The notes below the pieces were generated by a model. The model did not search any database. It saw nothing but the letters and a program-made list of their open reading frames with translations, and had not been told where the DNA came from. Shown here piece after piece: positions 25,501 through 30,377 of a stretch of 64,000 bases of DNA. A program made the position numbers and the translations under genes. The stretch lies in the IMG/VR virus record IMGVR_UViG_3300026077_000001; one strand, written 5' to 3'. Positions within the stretch are counted from its first letter, which is position 1, and each line of letters opens with the position of its first letter. Origin of the DNA: a virus. Its lineage: Duplodnaviria > Caudoviricetes.

Positions 25501-28500
25501 TTACATTCACTTGTGCTCAAGATGGTAATGCTACAAACCATTCTTATCCAAGACCAAGTGATCCTGCATCTCAACGTTTCTTAGTTGTTACTAACGCAAG
25601 TACCAATACATTTGAAGTTAACGTTGGTAATTTCTTCGGTAGAGGTCCAATTTCTAACCAGACTGCTCATACATTTGTATCTGCAACTACTGGTGGACTT
25701 GAAGTTGCAAGAGATAGTATTAAGATGGCTGAAAATTCCATCACATTTACTTGTGCTAGAGATGATAATGAAACACTTCACTCATATCCAAGAGAAAATG
25801 ATCCTTCATATGATGAGTATCTACCAATTTCTAATGTAGGTACAAACGATTTTGATGTATATGTAGGACACGCTAACCTTGATAAGACAGTTCATCAGTT
25901 TGTATCTGCTACTTCTAATGGTATTCATCATCTTGATGGAACAATTACAATCAACGTTGGTATTTCTTCTAACACTACAACTCATAACTTCGTCAATCAA
26001 CAGACAACTTGGACACCTAGCAGTGCTGCATACAACCCAACAACAGGTGTTATTACGTTAACTGTTAATAATCATAAGTTCTATGAAGGTGAGTACATTT
26101 ATCTTGCTGATAATGCAGTAACTTTCCGTTGTGATCAAGATGGTCAAGCATCTGACCACGCTTATCCACGTAGTACTGACCCTGCATCTGGAAGAATGCT
26201 TCGCATTTCTAACGTAACTACTAACACATTTGATGTGAAGGTATTAGATGTAACTCCTTCTACAAACACTACAACTCACGTATTCCAGTCTGCTGCTGCT
26301 AATTCAATCACCAAACCTCAAGTACTTGGTGGTGGAGTTTATGAGCACAAGTATGTAAGTTCTAAGGGAATGGCAGTACGTAGTGGTGGACTTTATACAC
26401 ACGTATTTGAAGGACCAACTAAGAAGACAGTAACTAATGCTTCATACTTACCTGCTACAGGTATTATGACAGTTACAGTTCCTGATCACGGATGGAGTAA
26501 TGGTGATGGAATTATCCTTGATGATTATTCATTAGTCTTTACTTGCTTAGAAGATAGTAACAATACTGAGCACCCATATCCACGTCCAACTGATCCATTC
26601 AGTAATAGAGTTATGACGATTTCTAACGTCACAACTGACACATTTACTGTACAGGTTCTAGCATCTGCTCCTTCTACTAACACTACAACTCATACATTTG
26701 TGAGTGCTACTACTCACGGAATTAGAAGAGCAGCAGTACACACTGGTGGTGCTTATGCTCATACCTTCATTAGTTCTCAGAGTAATGCTGTTACCTCATT
26801 TACAGGTGGTGGTGCTGCACGTTGTAGCAATGAAGCATCTGCTATTACTACATTGATGAATATTCCTATCAATCTGTTTGGTTCTGGTGTTAGTAATCCT
26901 GATGCATACATTGGTGGTATTACAAGAACTCTACCAGGCGAATGGCCACTAACAGGTGAACGTGCTGCAATTCGTGATTTAACAATCACTTATGACTCTG
27001 CTGGTAATGGTGAGTGTGCTGTTGTTGGATCTCAAATAATGCAGTTATTTAATTATCCAATTAATGTTATTGACACTGCTGCTCAAGGTAATGGTAATTG
27101 GTTTACTAATCAATCTGTCTTTAGACAGGCTCCACTTCAAAATAATACATTACAATCTGGTGGTGGTATTTGTTATAACGTAGTATCTGCTTCTAATACA
27201 TTAGCAGATATGATTAATATGACACTTGGTCGTGCACCTGAAATGTATCGTCAGGCAGCAAGATTGATATGGTTCAATGATCAGTATATTGATCGTGAAT
27301 CATATTACAAGACTATGCAAAATTATGGTGGATATACAGGAGACGAATCATTCGCAACTAATATCCGTAAAGCATTGATATATGACTTAATTACTGATGG
27401 TAATATCAAAACTCTCGAATTAGTTAACAGTTGGTTTGATGCCGAGGGTAACTTCATAGCGTTCCCTAATATCTTCAGAACATATCTGTTGTATCATACT
27501 GCTGCTGTTAAAGATATGACACTTAAAGTTCTTCAACAAAAAGCAGATAATCCTGGTCCTTATAACCAAGAGGTACCATATGAGAATCGAGAACTACGTC
27601 CTACTGAAACAGCACAACATAAGGTTTGGCAGTTATTCCACTTAATTGAAGTTGCACTTGAGAGATCAACTCTACCTACAGCTTACCTTAAGTTCCAATT
27701 TAATGTTGGAACTATGGTTAATACTGATGGTTCTATTGATGCTCCTAATGGACATTTATTCCAAGCATATGATCGTGTTACTTACACAGTTCTAGGTTCT
27801 GCTATTGCTGAACTAGACAGGCAAGTATATTTCATTCACCCAGATACTACTGAAAATCTAATATGGATTTCAGAATACATTGATGGTGATAAGATTGAAT
27901 TATTATCTCCAGGAACAGCAGGTCAAGTTCATACATTATCTGTAGTTGATGAGACTGGTATACATCGTACTCCATCAACATTTGGTGAGCGTAATGTACC
28001 AACACCTATTTCTGGTGGTATACAACCTGCAGATATATTCTTCGGTGATACTACTGGTGCATATGCTGAAGTTATTAGAATACAAGATAACTGGGCTAAG
28101 GTTCTTTATAATGTCATTTACTTACCACTTACAGTTACTAGCGATCCTGAAGTATTTGTTAATGGTGAGGAAGTTGTTAAGACTGGTGCTACAGGAAATA
28201 AAGGAACCATCCTTGCAACAGATAATTCTACTTACATTAAGTTAGTTCTTACTGGTGGTAACATTGTACAAGGAGATAATATTGAAGGATTAACATCTGG
28301 TGCTCAAGGTACTGTTAGTGATGCTACCCATAAGCGTATATTAGTTAACTTTAGAATGGGTGAATTTATTGCAACTGATCTATTATTCAGTAAGCAAGAT
28401 TCTGGTAGAGCAAATGCACTTATCGTACGTAATAATGATGGTGCTCTACTTGATAACCAGTCAGGTCGTGTAACATTTGATATTGAGACTGTTACTGGTA

Positions 28501-30377
28501 ACTATGGTGTTGGAGATGTTATCTACGGTTCTGTTACTGATCAAATTATTGAAGTTGAGGCATTTAATATTATGCCTGGATTTGGTGAGTACATCCATTC
28601 TACCGAGATTACTAGATTTGAATATGCATCATTAATTACTGACTTTGGTGTAGATGATACATTTAAGGTTGGTGATGTACTACAACTTCAAAATGCAGGT
28701 CAGTCAGTTGGTCACACATTCGTTGTTACTGAACACGATGTTGATAACAAGTACGTTTACCTTGCAAATGAAGAAGGTAGATTCTCTGCTATCGGTAATG
28801 ATTTAACAGTTATTGCTGGTGATGTTGCTTATCAACTTGCTAAGATTCCTTCTGGATCTAACTTCCCAAGTGTATACACATCCGCTATCTCTTCTGTTGT
28901 AATTACTGCAACAACTGCATATGGACGTATTGAGAGAATTGAGCAAATTGGTCTACGTGCAATCATTCATCTTGGTGATACTGCTGGAAACTTCCTGAAG
29001 AACTCACAGATTATTGGTGATTATGGATTCAGAGGTGCTTGTTCAGTTGCTAAGACTTTACGTGGACGTGTTAGAAGGTACTTCAGAGGATTCGATGGAG
29101 AAACTAAGGACTTCAAGTTGACCACTGAAAATGGTACTGCATACTTCCCAGATCCAGCTGGTCATATGATGATCTTCGTGAATGGAATCCTACAACCTCC
29201 AGGTGGTAATCTTGCATTCACCGCATTCTCAGATAACATTCAGTTCACTGAAGCACCTGCAATTAACTCAACATTCCACGGTGTTTACGTAGGTAAGTTG
29301 AGACAATTAGATGATATCTCATTCGACTTTGATTCATTACGTAACTCCTTCAACTTGAAGTTAGGTGGAGTATTCTACTCACTAACATTGACTGAAGGTG
29401 TACAGTCTAACACTATCAGACCTGAGAACAACATCGTCTGTCAGTTAAATGGTGTTGTACAGGAACCAGGTATCGGTTTTGAACTTGTTGGTTCACGTAT
29501 TATCTTCTCTGAAGTTCCTCGTGCGGGTTCTACATTCGTTGCATTCTCCTACATTGGTTCTGATGTTGACGTTATCGCAGCAACAGTTGTACCTCCAATT
29601 GAAACTGGTGACAAACTAGCAATCGAGGGTGAGGAATTTGAAAGAGAAGTTGCTCTTATTGAGTCTTCTAACTCACTAATTACTTTCGAGTACACAGGAT
29701 CTGTACGTGGACGTAACGCACAAGCACTTGCAAATATCGAGAGAGGTCGTATTATTGAGGCAATTCTAACAAATTCAGGTGATGGTTATACATCACGTCC
29801 TCAAGTTGATGTGATTTCCTCCTCTGGTTTCGGTGGTAAGATCAAGGCATTAGTTGGTCTCGCACGTATTGATGTTAAGAATGCTGGTCAAGGTTATGTA
29901 CTACCTTCAGTAGATGTTCATACGACAGTTGATGAAACATTCTTAGGACCTACAGGTGCTGGTGTTAATGGTGGTATTGACATTTATGATCCTAACTACA
30001 TTCCTCAAGGTGAATCTGAAGCACAAGGTGAATCATATATCACTATTGAATCACAACCAGTTAACACAACAGTTAACCAAGGTCAGACTGCTTCCTTTAC
30101 TGTAATCGCATCCACAACTCCTGCTGGTGGAGTTATTAACTATCAGTGGCAGAAGAAGGATTACGGTACTAATGAATGGATAAATATTAACGGAGCTACA
30201 TCACCAACATATACTACACCTGCTACAACTCAGGGTGACGGAGGAGATGAATTTAGAGTCGGATTAACATCACTTGGTGCTACACCAACCCTATCTCAAT
30301 CTTCCATACTGACAATCAACATAGGTTCTACCACAGTTGATAACTTCACCCCAGATCAAATATTTGATGACAACTAA
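4587..30377 (+). CDS. Giant multidomain baseplate protein, gp7-like wedge initiator (8596 aa)
   Basis: Lies between gp6 and gp8. N-terminal VS.RV..QIP.FI.ED..QF...L.EYY and IKTISDFYASKGT....YLFKMLF.E.V.VSYP motifs; one uninterrupted 25.8-kb ORF. Confidence 0.8.
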   Translation: MKAITVSNRVQDQIPAFIREDNEQFVNLLSEYYRSQEKSGRPYDILNNILRYTDIGSGEFDPNFLSSQSAVLEKVDPTQKDIVAENVNYFLEKDGTVQIDNEVIYYESVTHSPDIVFTPGVNKAEFDRKIQEFEPISSQFDNSQTLFNLRLLGKPVSPQTADHLLVVVNNEFLFPNIDYFIEGDKIRLQNPPAPPTGELTGAINTIRYLIGYTSIPVRSIDTITVSGDSKEFNLTNNNNKYTPLSTVSTIVVVDRVEKRPYEDFTIFEDKLIFKNDVAENSVINLRSIEMIAPEFGAGATAIADIEQGVVDKVIVKNGGSGYRLSFAPKISIASTKGPGFGATAEALVNGIKDTRLLFSGQGYSANNPPIVVVDPPVDPEGKTAQIRAIVDDSIEGVSQLIVDSSGSGYDKIPSISFVNPGGATITQPTLHTGSIQDGSITVVEKGSGYTTPPLVYLDLPTGDNAIRANVVATIDQYGRVNGITVVSGGQGYVTTPRAKIIDPVGAQILDVSVTGGRVTNIELLTGGAGYTDAPSVYIVDNRKDIAGAPAGGTGATAVATIFNGEITDINITSFGSGYSSAEPPKVFIAAPPAPEASCDVGFGEITGFTIHNGGSGYQPSAFVNCKRGVSSVSSFDQKGNQVYSKEADTVQSSHEVGSTIHNLDTLFAKELYRRYVNQYLPNAEIDYEKVNAPQIIKTISDFYASKGTKISTQYLFKMLFSENVDVSYPKDEVIKPSAASWNVDTVLRAELMSGDPSDLLDAQLIQYVDQVDINVKGASALIENVISINTGVGTIYELAISEETLQGTFTIPYKTTLVESLNTTESIITVDSTIGWPERNGTILINDNEEVQYKEKTLNQFIECTRSENGVVEDWDAGTTIYSEIFVYVNRGLPNEIKMRVLGIADAKSTVLTNTGSYYLPGDKLNVASLGSTSVDQRITSWLYNVKKLINVTGIVPGGLNNQTATVTCSNKHGLLVGDTVTIYGANPTVFNGTFLVTSRISDFIFEYNIPAPADASPQGNILLSVDLNKGKSPEEGISIAIRDFTTNVQNTFFNNTYAYIASSGIPNYEVGPFVGSALLPGNQRKLIRIPRVINTISKRDDTNFGPIGAWVNGVSAWSYKSETKIKYGGVIGINITNVGQGYDAANPPIIEISGGNGTGATASVVVNGQLSEIDVSAGGTGYTSSPLVSIVGGGGFGATATAVITNGIVSKILVENPGQGYTSQPDVSISGGNGTGATATARVRGPIQSVSVDNAGSSYTESPTIKLNSGEGAVAQAIIINGRIVSIAIIAAGKGYTTAPEIVINGDGYGAVAKASIGTVGEDRGKVIGVTVVNRGIGYTTGLTTVRLEAVGEMATFTANVFEWTRNLQDELGQSFDTARGYVFAGYNTQYGGEYAHLSDPKQLRYVLGDNVFKNQATQQLQELSTGWQHSPILGWAFDGNPIYGPYGYIDATDQSSGIRRIRSSYRIKPILIYDLATNPNPVRSDGPLLSDYPAGSFIEDFEYTFQYGDLDQYNGRFCKTPQFPEGVYAYFISIDASDAGNPVFPYIAGPQLYSKADEWNYSQDAVQTNIPDDVVRFRDPYEDVDIDIERQPNQDTDILVTELGEELIFEIEDTNRDGVINNLEDTTPINIAEEPVLQLFDYYPRVSTRSEVDIDIETTTKFEDAQVDGFVVENPGISYKVGDKLYFDNTDTQGFGASAKVNSVKGLDVAGYSSYMTNDVPYGQITTATEHELRANDEIIVKSTPVLDDTNKTLKVKVIAGVEQLNITQEGVGYSSELPPTYELISTIGQDFKLTLERTEAGAVKKANIINSGSGYDSTNPPKIRVSHPQRYKKANYFLSFLNEATGTVSINDVQVADDRTIYVAAERNLADGDTCGILAKFNSDGRLLWQRTLVPTVPSGPKSLRWKSLYVENSNPHNIYVIGETVTNITNITYNPDIVVAKYTSGFDNANNPDGILQWQRDIAGISGATRRDYATTISLDQDGRTMIGGYTDANSLQPDDMWVALLDLDGSMMEKRKIASTDVSEHLHQIKWKSKDTFLFCGVSEPDNTSDIIIGETYYDTATIEVVWSKKITNASYKFKNPTFTIDEYGAVYVTATAEDTNGKDYGVLYTKFDDGDFTAAEQSRIFVPTGTYNAVHNGGVEFDIFGNVDVSCSVERAFNQVESTTLKIGWNTGTVITASTATETDGIGFKAIAVSNDSSGDTIVVGNKVEADQLAIFNWNTADNLADDTYNDTLATGTNKQWYATGNAVIDDTKKYDGASSVKLDASNAMTMLYGSDVATSYTVEAFWALSTAQYTAANTKPEFFTVTDAIGNTVKAGLDADQTSPNYGKTWIDITGTTTFSTAANYLAIFNNEEFIHVALVKDRVGVGDYKYRVYVNGIETQVLTSTTVDINLKDVTIGSNSTPNATNNWIGWIDNLVVSPTAKYDDTFTSALVTGTNSIAQGFVYKIDKDKTALGSFNLNDVETGHTFNIASESNYTFNTQNVAMNPWTIGPAGIQILDYGDVISTHQPGIFTVSSTDQSFGNRTATIPTPGGKKLLLTTTVVPKFYFRDAKYQLIDLVKTINFNQAATFTKGSILQQYSVIGGNDVVSGYGTIVEVGTQSCKIGKIAGSFDTTKLVKSTANDVNDLEWNFTEQKTDPIWATNFVYAQEDIVYNDKKLYQCTSPGTSGTIAPTHTTGIVSDGAVSWAYLSASGIYEVDLANTSYSGSTLGAFASWKEFSAEDYTIKIEEIYQDSSFIKGDTIDADAVNLQFAVDATGKIATFTGLTGVKKISLIAQLNKDVIPSGSLVNTDLVYCSASSRHNFVENEIIFTENFATNDYNGSFFVEEVFNSRDFSFRMRGTAVQDPTFAGSGNSVSNVNIYAKHPKFLFVRGHQYIFDLDDESNLGYFLSFSRDNQYKLEYPFINIIREGTPGFTDDDSPTPLVKFVINEDVTNISYYFDPSRTGADSPVGEGSFIDVIKSPYDGTFRVTSVTDAGKKFAFRLLNEPEKTNAPVGNNEFGNARSSYSTTSVKAIGPISDIKLVNAGGFYQRLPIVTDIASNREIEKVRITNGGTEYVNGVYYNVPIDGDGEGAMCNITVQDDGDFEGVITDVVLTSAGKGYKTASIDVDAIPGILGPLLAGSGAVLDVVIPDEGSGASVFLQGKSIGKIKKLKNNEFGFGYSHDYTLRPEITFPVNLQLFNTALLAQIKITDPGAGYTSVPAVVIEGGGGSGAKAEAIVKNNRLSEVIIKDPGSGYSSEPSVTLKSEFNYVVNVDLGYLQFNFPHGITTGAEVQLRAEDLGSTVGILPKPSSAGLVSLNSNQTYYAIAGEANSLESDQLRISLTKLDAESGSYITFLTQGEGRQVLLTEVFGGKATAIVETSRFLAGELVYQGTSLELASATGYVSTNEGWQIGPRILKLENYDGVWRSGERVTGEVSRASGLIDNLSIATGTLNIASLTNTPGQFIDDVGKPSEIVQKIQDSYFYQNFSYVIKSQTPINQWRKPVLETNHPVGFNLFGELAITGGKDISGRKVVSDLIKEVNINSFTNINQITSFANAQPIYTQFNNTEVLFRQKRLTNSEEILTSIVKKIDNISDDFDGIKTQFPLNVEGSSITAADNQMFILINGVAQSPGTAFSTAGPSVVFTEAPKAPSRIKFREAVYAQKVITRMTFSSIGGIFPLLGNTVRGLVSEATATCIDSGVDYIDVIDIQGTFQLNESIMGSQTGFNSTLSDVSPITSKTIYEQGERITNLAGNFAIIEENNLQDGVITNELVLSRTSGTAKYETGEFNIKFNDIIYSARSKIAATITSIAPYQDDISNQIIDQVDLSPSSSFFGLVFQRVPSITFPNKILDNISETVINPVELYDPETANNQDFLDFERVRNQEIRYDNLTGTDFAAGSDIRLKKIYFGNSSLRRTHDVRLNDASNALQRNARFIAEEAVGAMLDFYPSFQINTGRNADCEDDIVDAINMMAWQLEFDGNSEVWDIANTYVQGNTVYHVDGAEAQTVWAMNKARDLALQCIRMEDIDTSFTTLQQWRDLTVTGEYSVTDNSHADARALLLANKWYIAHEALYYAKQQNPGYTVSGGDSHCLSDIVDVVEAIAYNTAVGGNDFVWEATDRILHYGTVTGDIDTMVDAFTKARDIAINVQRNVVYAKQDTSHGWTQFTDSGITADGASPACQAPAATITTLANILINALGTTASPGTRAAFQAGTTKTEPSTALMANPSTTACVNVTSAITNYFAIITDSLQDPTGAAPGTYPWSISNVTRVAPPYSFSDSETLKSIKHAYKDKSSGGFFVFGEIVKGITSGSTAEIIGSNAGNKWIYSKQPSGAFNDGEYITNSLLVNTNVTVDNLDYAAGAGSLEFNGSAYLTHPSTEKVAFGDGSIPDGNFTIELWVKATGVSGNQTLLDFRTSTGDTSSAYLIMVNNTVRWNTGNVDRITSSANLAANTWTHIAIVRNSGATNMYVGGTKQTTTYTDNTNYGNMPVKIGANAANAQAFTGNMENLMIKLGSTAVDYTSDFTPSGTYDDTDINLKFGFNGEAPIPIIKGEIYATFQQTITSTATAEGVELWRDEIMTEGVDLSRDDYVDCADIIDKNKYWIAEEAVGRMKAMYPDFVIPGDTGTSDQGTQTCLRDTYEYIIPAIVNDLRYGGNFNSIVAARGYLANQEGQLAHVNGELLQSIYAWREVGKLCNTVITANADDLTGEHTTRIRIPNYFSSPAAAGIQTFITDLVDSLLLVLGPTGNRFRDGADLLYFNRKCIADEVAFWLEEQYNVTINFIQEDKFDIPGGTPGRDKCVRDLRDHIIPAIAGDLLTGGNANVQGIIDQYLDSTGKIIQVEEELLPMLDAIGYSKMLMEKALQNALVGRSENLANLAGTTAQTIDDFFQFQYTDFAAFRKDQATEPTFLHDPQIYAGSQRALDAADMLETNKRAIAGEAVDLMLKCSAFKHYHFSVKGGKNHCEDDIVDVIEAIIHDLRFNSNSATYDAAMLYLNTENGLKHVTDETEETAFAMKMARDMSALAIQNKLGFNPYPDYSAGGGAGGGQGGGGGFGGGGGGQGGNQGGGGAARGDYDNNESGNKAYNAADEIRNNLRFIASTAVGRGVSQYPSLGFGGYGYQSCVDDCVDILEALIFNLSHGGNNKMWYATEFYVTDANAVQHINGQPNEVKYVFEQARDIAIQVMRQQLVATNGYTEGDPVYDDEITIDQQTASGQHTPTAATYDPATGDLVLTLGASHNVTTNDTIRINTNSLVFTCDQDDHQTQHTYPRISDPAAVALLPVTNVSGNDITVNVGITERVNFDAKDSTYDPETGLLTLDIGSHSLREGQTLKILQDELNYRCSQDNYRSIHKYPRATDPAVDKALDIVSVGTTHHTATWADFNPVTGMLNVTVPNHGFKNGDKIRLANDSMTFTCDMDEHYSKKTYPRLSDPASGRFLPISNVTKNTFGMSIGKTPIKYFTPSQANYDPETGGLELILGVHGLTTGTHIKLAPNSLTFTCKEDDDATFHTYPRAQTTTVTPSDASYNPVNGHLTVTVANHGFKVGEMVHVEKNGIVMTCDMDGNASEHPYPRQDDPANNSWMRIEAVSTNTFTFKVGESPKVSFTPTAVDYTPTTGDMKMTIGNHSLTAGTALKIAEGGITFTCAQDSHQTLHPYPRNTTYTVSDINNGSYDPETGIMTVTTAANHGLQDGDKVKFADGAITFTCSMDGNGSNHPYPRSTDPASGKWLEIDVTGNTTFTVNVGKTPTVGFAPTMVDYNPTTGLMTLTIGQGHNLSVGQSVRFSQNSLTFKCAFDNYATDHSYPRASGQGGATQDDPFYDTACAITQTTADTITVQVLSSQPSTNTTAHTWQAPTKLTPTGASYNPSTGVMSLTVTGHGMVNGDHIKVDDNFVTFTCGQDSDQTNHSYPRPKDPVSNKFIPITYIDANTFSIQVLENVPSTNTTTHNFVSAVANSIERCVVRAGGIYTHAYVSSTAGSLTAKKDQTYDSSVNIKYEGTPMTAASGTTYSGTTGILEVTTSANHGLVVGDYVKLRDGAVTFTCLEDSNSSNHPYPRATDPISDKWIRVMTVPNATTFSVQVLDAIPSSNTTTHTFVSGLSNGIIKKDDTITVNVGISSNTTAHIFKEAVPACITTGGNYTHTFVRAETNCIIKSKDPVYGNSLEITGTTATSITLNVLPVVPSTNVTQHTFISATNNCVTTGGNYSHKFISAEKDGVELESGSVTVNVGTTPAVFYSVGDANYDGETGDMMIKVGAHKLIDGTTIKIADEALTFTCDMDSHASEHVYPRLTDPARNTALKIKESSSNSHTITGATYTPTSGVLTATINNHGFQSKRTISPTFAKFDPATGDLEVYSADNRLAVGDSVMIDDGAITFRCSKDQYSSTHPYPRSTDPASGTYLIVKKASRNRFTVNVGSNALGGAISDQSIHVFEASNGNSIHVAPTLVKFDLNSITFNCTKDSNATNHTYPRADDPEAGHWLEVLSTPDANTFTCNVGIAGGGNFAHTFVGATAGGLKEQTGWVTVNVGATPSTGHTVSTANFNAITGTMVLGIGNHYFNKHDNIRISPDSLTFTCGLDSNQTNHTYPRANTVVTQPTAASYDPETGYMLLTLNNHGYSNGDFVKFELNAFTFTCTMDNNGSSHTYPRATDPTYGKWLPVEDVQANTFKVQVGKTPTTGFEPISVSYNPTSGVMEMEIGEHEFTTNHKIRIAANSLNFRCAQDNYQTDHLYPRIGDPTYQSSVPIIATTPTTISVQVLASQPSTNTTTHQFVQQVGKTPTDINYNPITGVMTVTIANHGYNDGDMIKIAENSLTFTCDKDSHASDHVYPRRTDPFWDKWMVIDTVTQDTFNVKVLETAPSTNTSTHIFKSCTANCITRSAIRGGGIYTHTNTGIASGGMIHKKDPFYQRGINIDQVGYTTHTVTNAKYNPNTGVMNLTIPNHGFTTSLQKTVTGATYDVTTSMLRITSAAHGMKNGDRVRIADNSITFTCAQDGNATNHSYPRPSDPASQRFLVVTNASTNTFEVNVGNFFGRGPISNQTAHTFVSATTGGLEVARDSIKMAENSITFTCARDDNETLHSYPRENDPSYDEYLPISNVGTNDFDVYVGHANLDKTVHQFVSATSNGIHHLDGTITINVGISSNTTTHNFVNQQTTWTPSSAAYNPTTGVITLTVNNHKFYEGEYIYLADNAVTFRCDQDGQASDHAYPRSTDPASGRMLRISNVTTNTFDVKVLDVTPSTNTTTHVFQSAAANSITKPQVLGGGVYEHKYVSSKGMAVRSGGLYTHVFEGPTKKTVTNASYLPATGIMTVTVPDHGWSNGDGIILDDYSLVFTCLEDSNNTEHPYPRPTDPFSNRVMTISNVTTDTFTVQVLASAPSTNTTTHTFVSATTHGIRRAAVHTGGAYAHTFISSQSNAVTSFTGGGAARCSNEASAITTLMNIPINLFGSGVSNPDAYIGGITRTLPGEWPLTGERAAIRDLTITYDSAGNGECAVVGSQIMQLFNYPINVIDTAAQGNGNWFTNQSVFRQAPLQNNTLQSGGGICYNVVSASNTLADMINMTLGRAPEMYRQAARLIWFNDQYIDRESYYKTMQNYGGYTGDESFATNIRKALIYDLITDGNIKTLELVNSWFDAEGNFIAFPNIFRTYLLYHTAAVKDMTLKVLQQKADNPGPYNQEVPYENRELRPTETAQHKVWQLFHLIEVALERSTLPTAYLKFQFNVGTMVNTDGSIDAPNGHLFQAYDRVTYTVLGSAIAELDRQVYFIHPDTTENLIWISEYIDGDKIELLSPGTAGQVHTLSVVDETGIHRTPSTFGERNVPTPISGGIQPADIFFGDTTGAYAEVIRIQDNWAKVLYNVIYLPLTVTSDPEVFVNGEEVVKTGATGNKGTILATDNSTYIKLVLTGGNIVQGDNIEGLTSGAQGTVSDATHKRILVNFRMGEFIATDLLFSKQDSGRANALIVRNNDGALLDNQSGRVTFDIETVTGNYGVGDVIYGSVTDQIIEVEAFNIMPGFGEYIHSTEITRFEYASLITDFGVDDTFKVGDVLQLQNAGQSVGHTFVVTEHDVDNKYVYLANEEGRFSAIGNDLTVIAGDVAYQLAKIPSGSNFPSVYTSAISSVVITATTAYGRIERIEQIGLRAIIHLGDTAGNFLKNSQIIGDYGFRGACSVAKTLRGRVRRYFRGFDGETKDFKLTTENGTAYFPDPAGHMMIFVNGILQPPGGNLAFTAFSDNIQFTEAPAINSTFHGVYVGKLRQLDDISFDFDSLRNSFNLKLGGVFYSLTLTEGVQSNTIRPENNIVCQLNGVVQEPGIGFELVGSRIIFSEVPRAGSTFVAFSYIGSDVDVIAATVVPPIETGDKLAIEGEEFEREVALIESSNSLITFEYTGSVRGRNAQALANIERGRIIEAILTNSGDGYTSRPQVDVISSSGFGGKIKALVGLARIDVKNAGQGYVLPSVDVHTTVDETFLGPTGAGVNGGIDIYDPNYIPQGESEAQGESYITIESQPVNTTVNQGQTASFTVIASTTPAGGVINYQWQKKDYGTNEWININGATSPTYTTPATTQGDGGDEFRVGLTSLGATPTLSQSSILTINIGSTTVDNFTPDQIFDDN
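5460..6440 (+). repeat. Block of about 40-aa V.V..GG.GY...P.V beta repeats in the giant protein
   Basis: Units such as VIVKNGGSGY, LIVDSSGSGY, ITVVSGGQGY, ELLTGGAGY. Further blocks at about 7970-8640, 13730-14330 and 29700-29900. Confidence 0.8.
10135..11240 (+). other. Predicted beta-propeller region of the giant protein
   Basis: Blade-like repeats: AKFNSDGRLLWQRTL, DIVVAKYTS..DGILQWQRDI, DDMWVALLDLDGS. Confidence 0.55.
11340..11890 (+). other. LamG/concanavalin A-like domain 1 of the giant protein
   Basis: KKYDGASSVKLD, YTVEAFW, FIHVALVK..YRVYVNG, WIGWIDNLVVS. Confidence 0.6.
17640..18170 (+). other. LamG/concanavalin A-like domain 2 of the giant protein
   Basis: SLEFNGS, FTIELWVK, WTHIAIVRNSG..MYVGG, FTGNMENL. 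Confidence 0.7.
19671..19760 (+). repeat. Gly-rich low-complexity linker
   Basis: Encodes GGGAGGGQGGGGGFGGGGGGQGGNQGGGGA; a local GC-rich patch. Confidence 0.9.
20200..26790 (+). repeat. Array of about 21 Y.P.TG...HG...TFTC..D.....H.YPR..DP modules
   Basis: Counted 21 YPR cores in the translation, 20 of them HxYPR and one KTYPR. Confidence 0.9.
30035..30330 (+). other. C-terminal Ig-like domain of the giant protein
   Basis: ITIESQPVNTTVNQGQTASFTV..YQWQK..NINGAT..Y..DGGDEFRV. Confidence 0.7.

Noticed and set aside
20200-26790. CRISPR array or DNA-level tandem repeat
   Set aside because: The repetition is at the protein level with diverged codons; there are no identical direct repeats with spacers.
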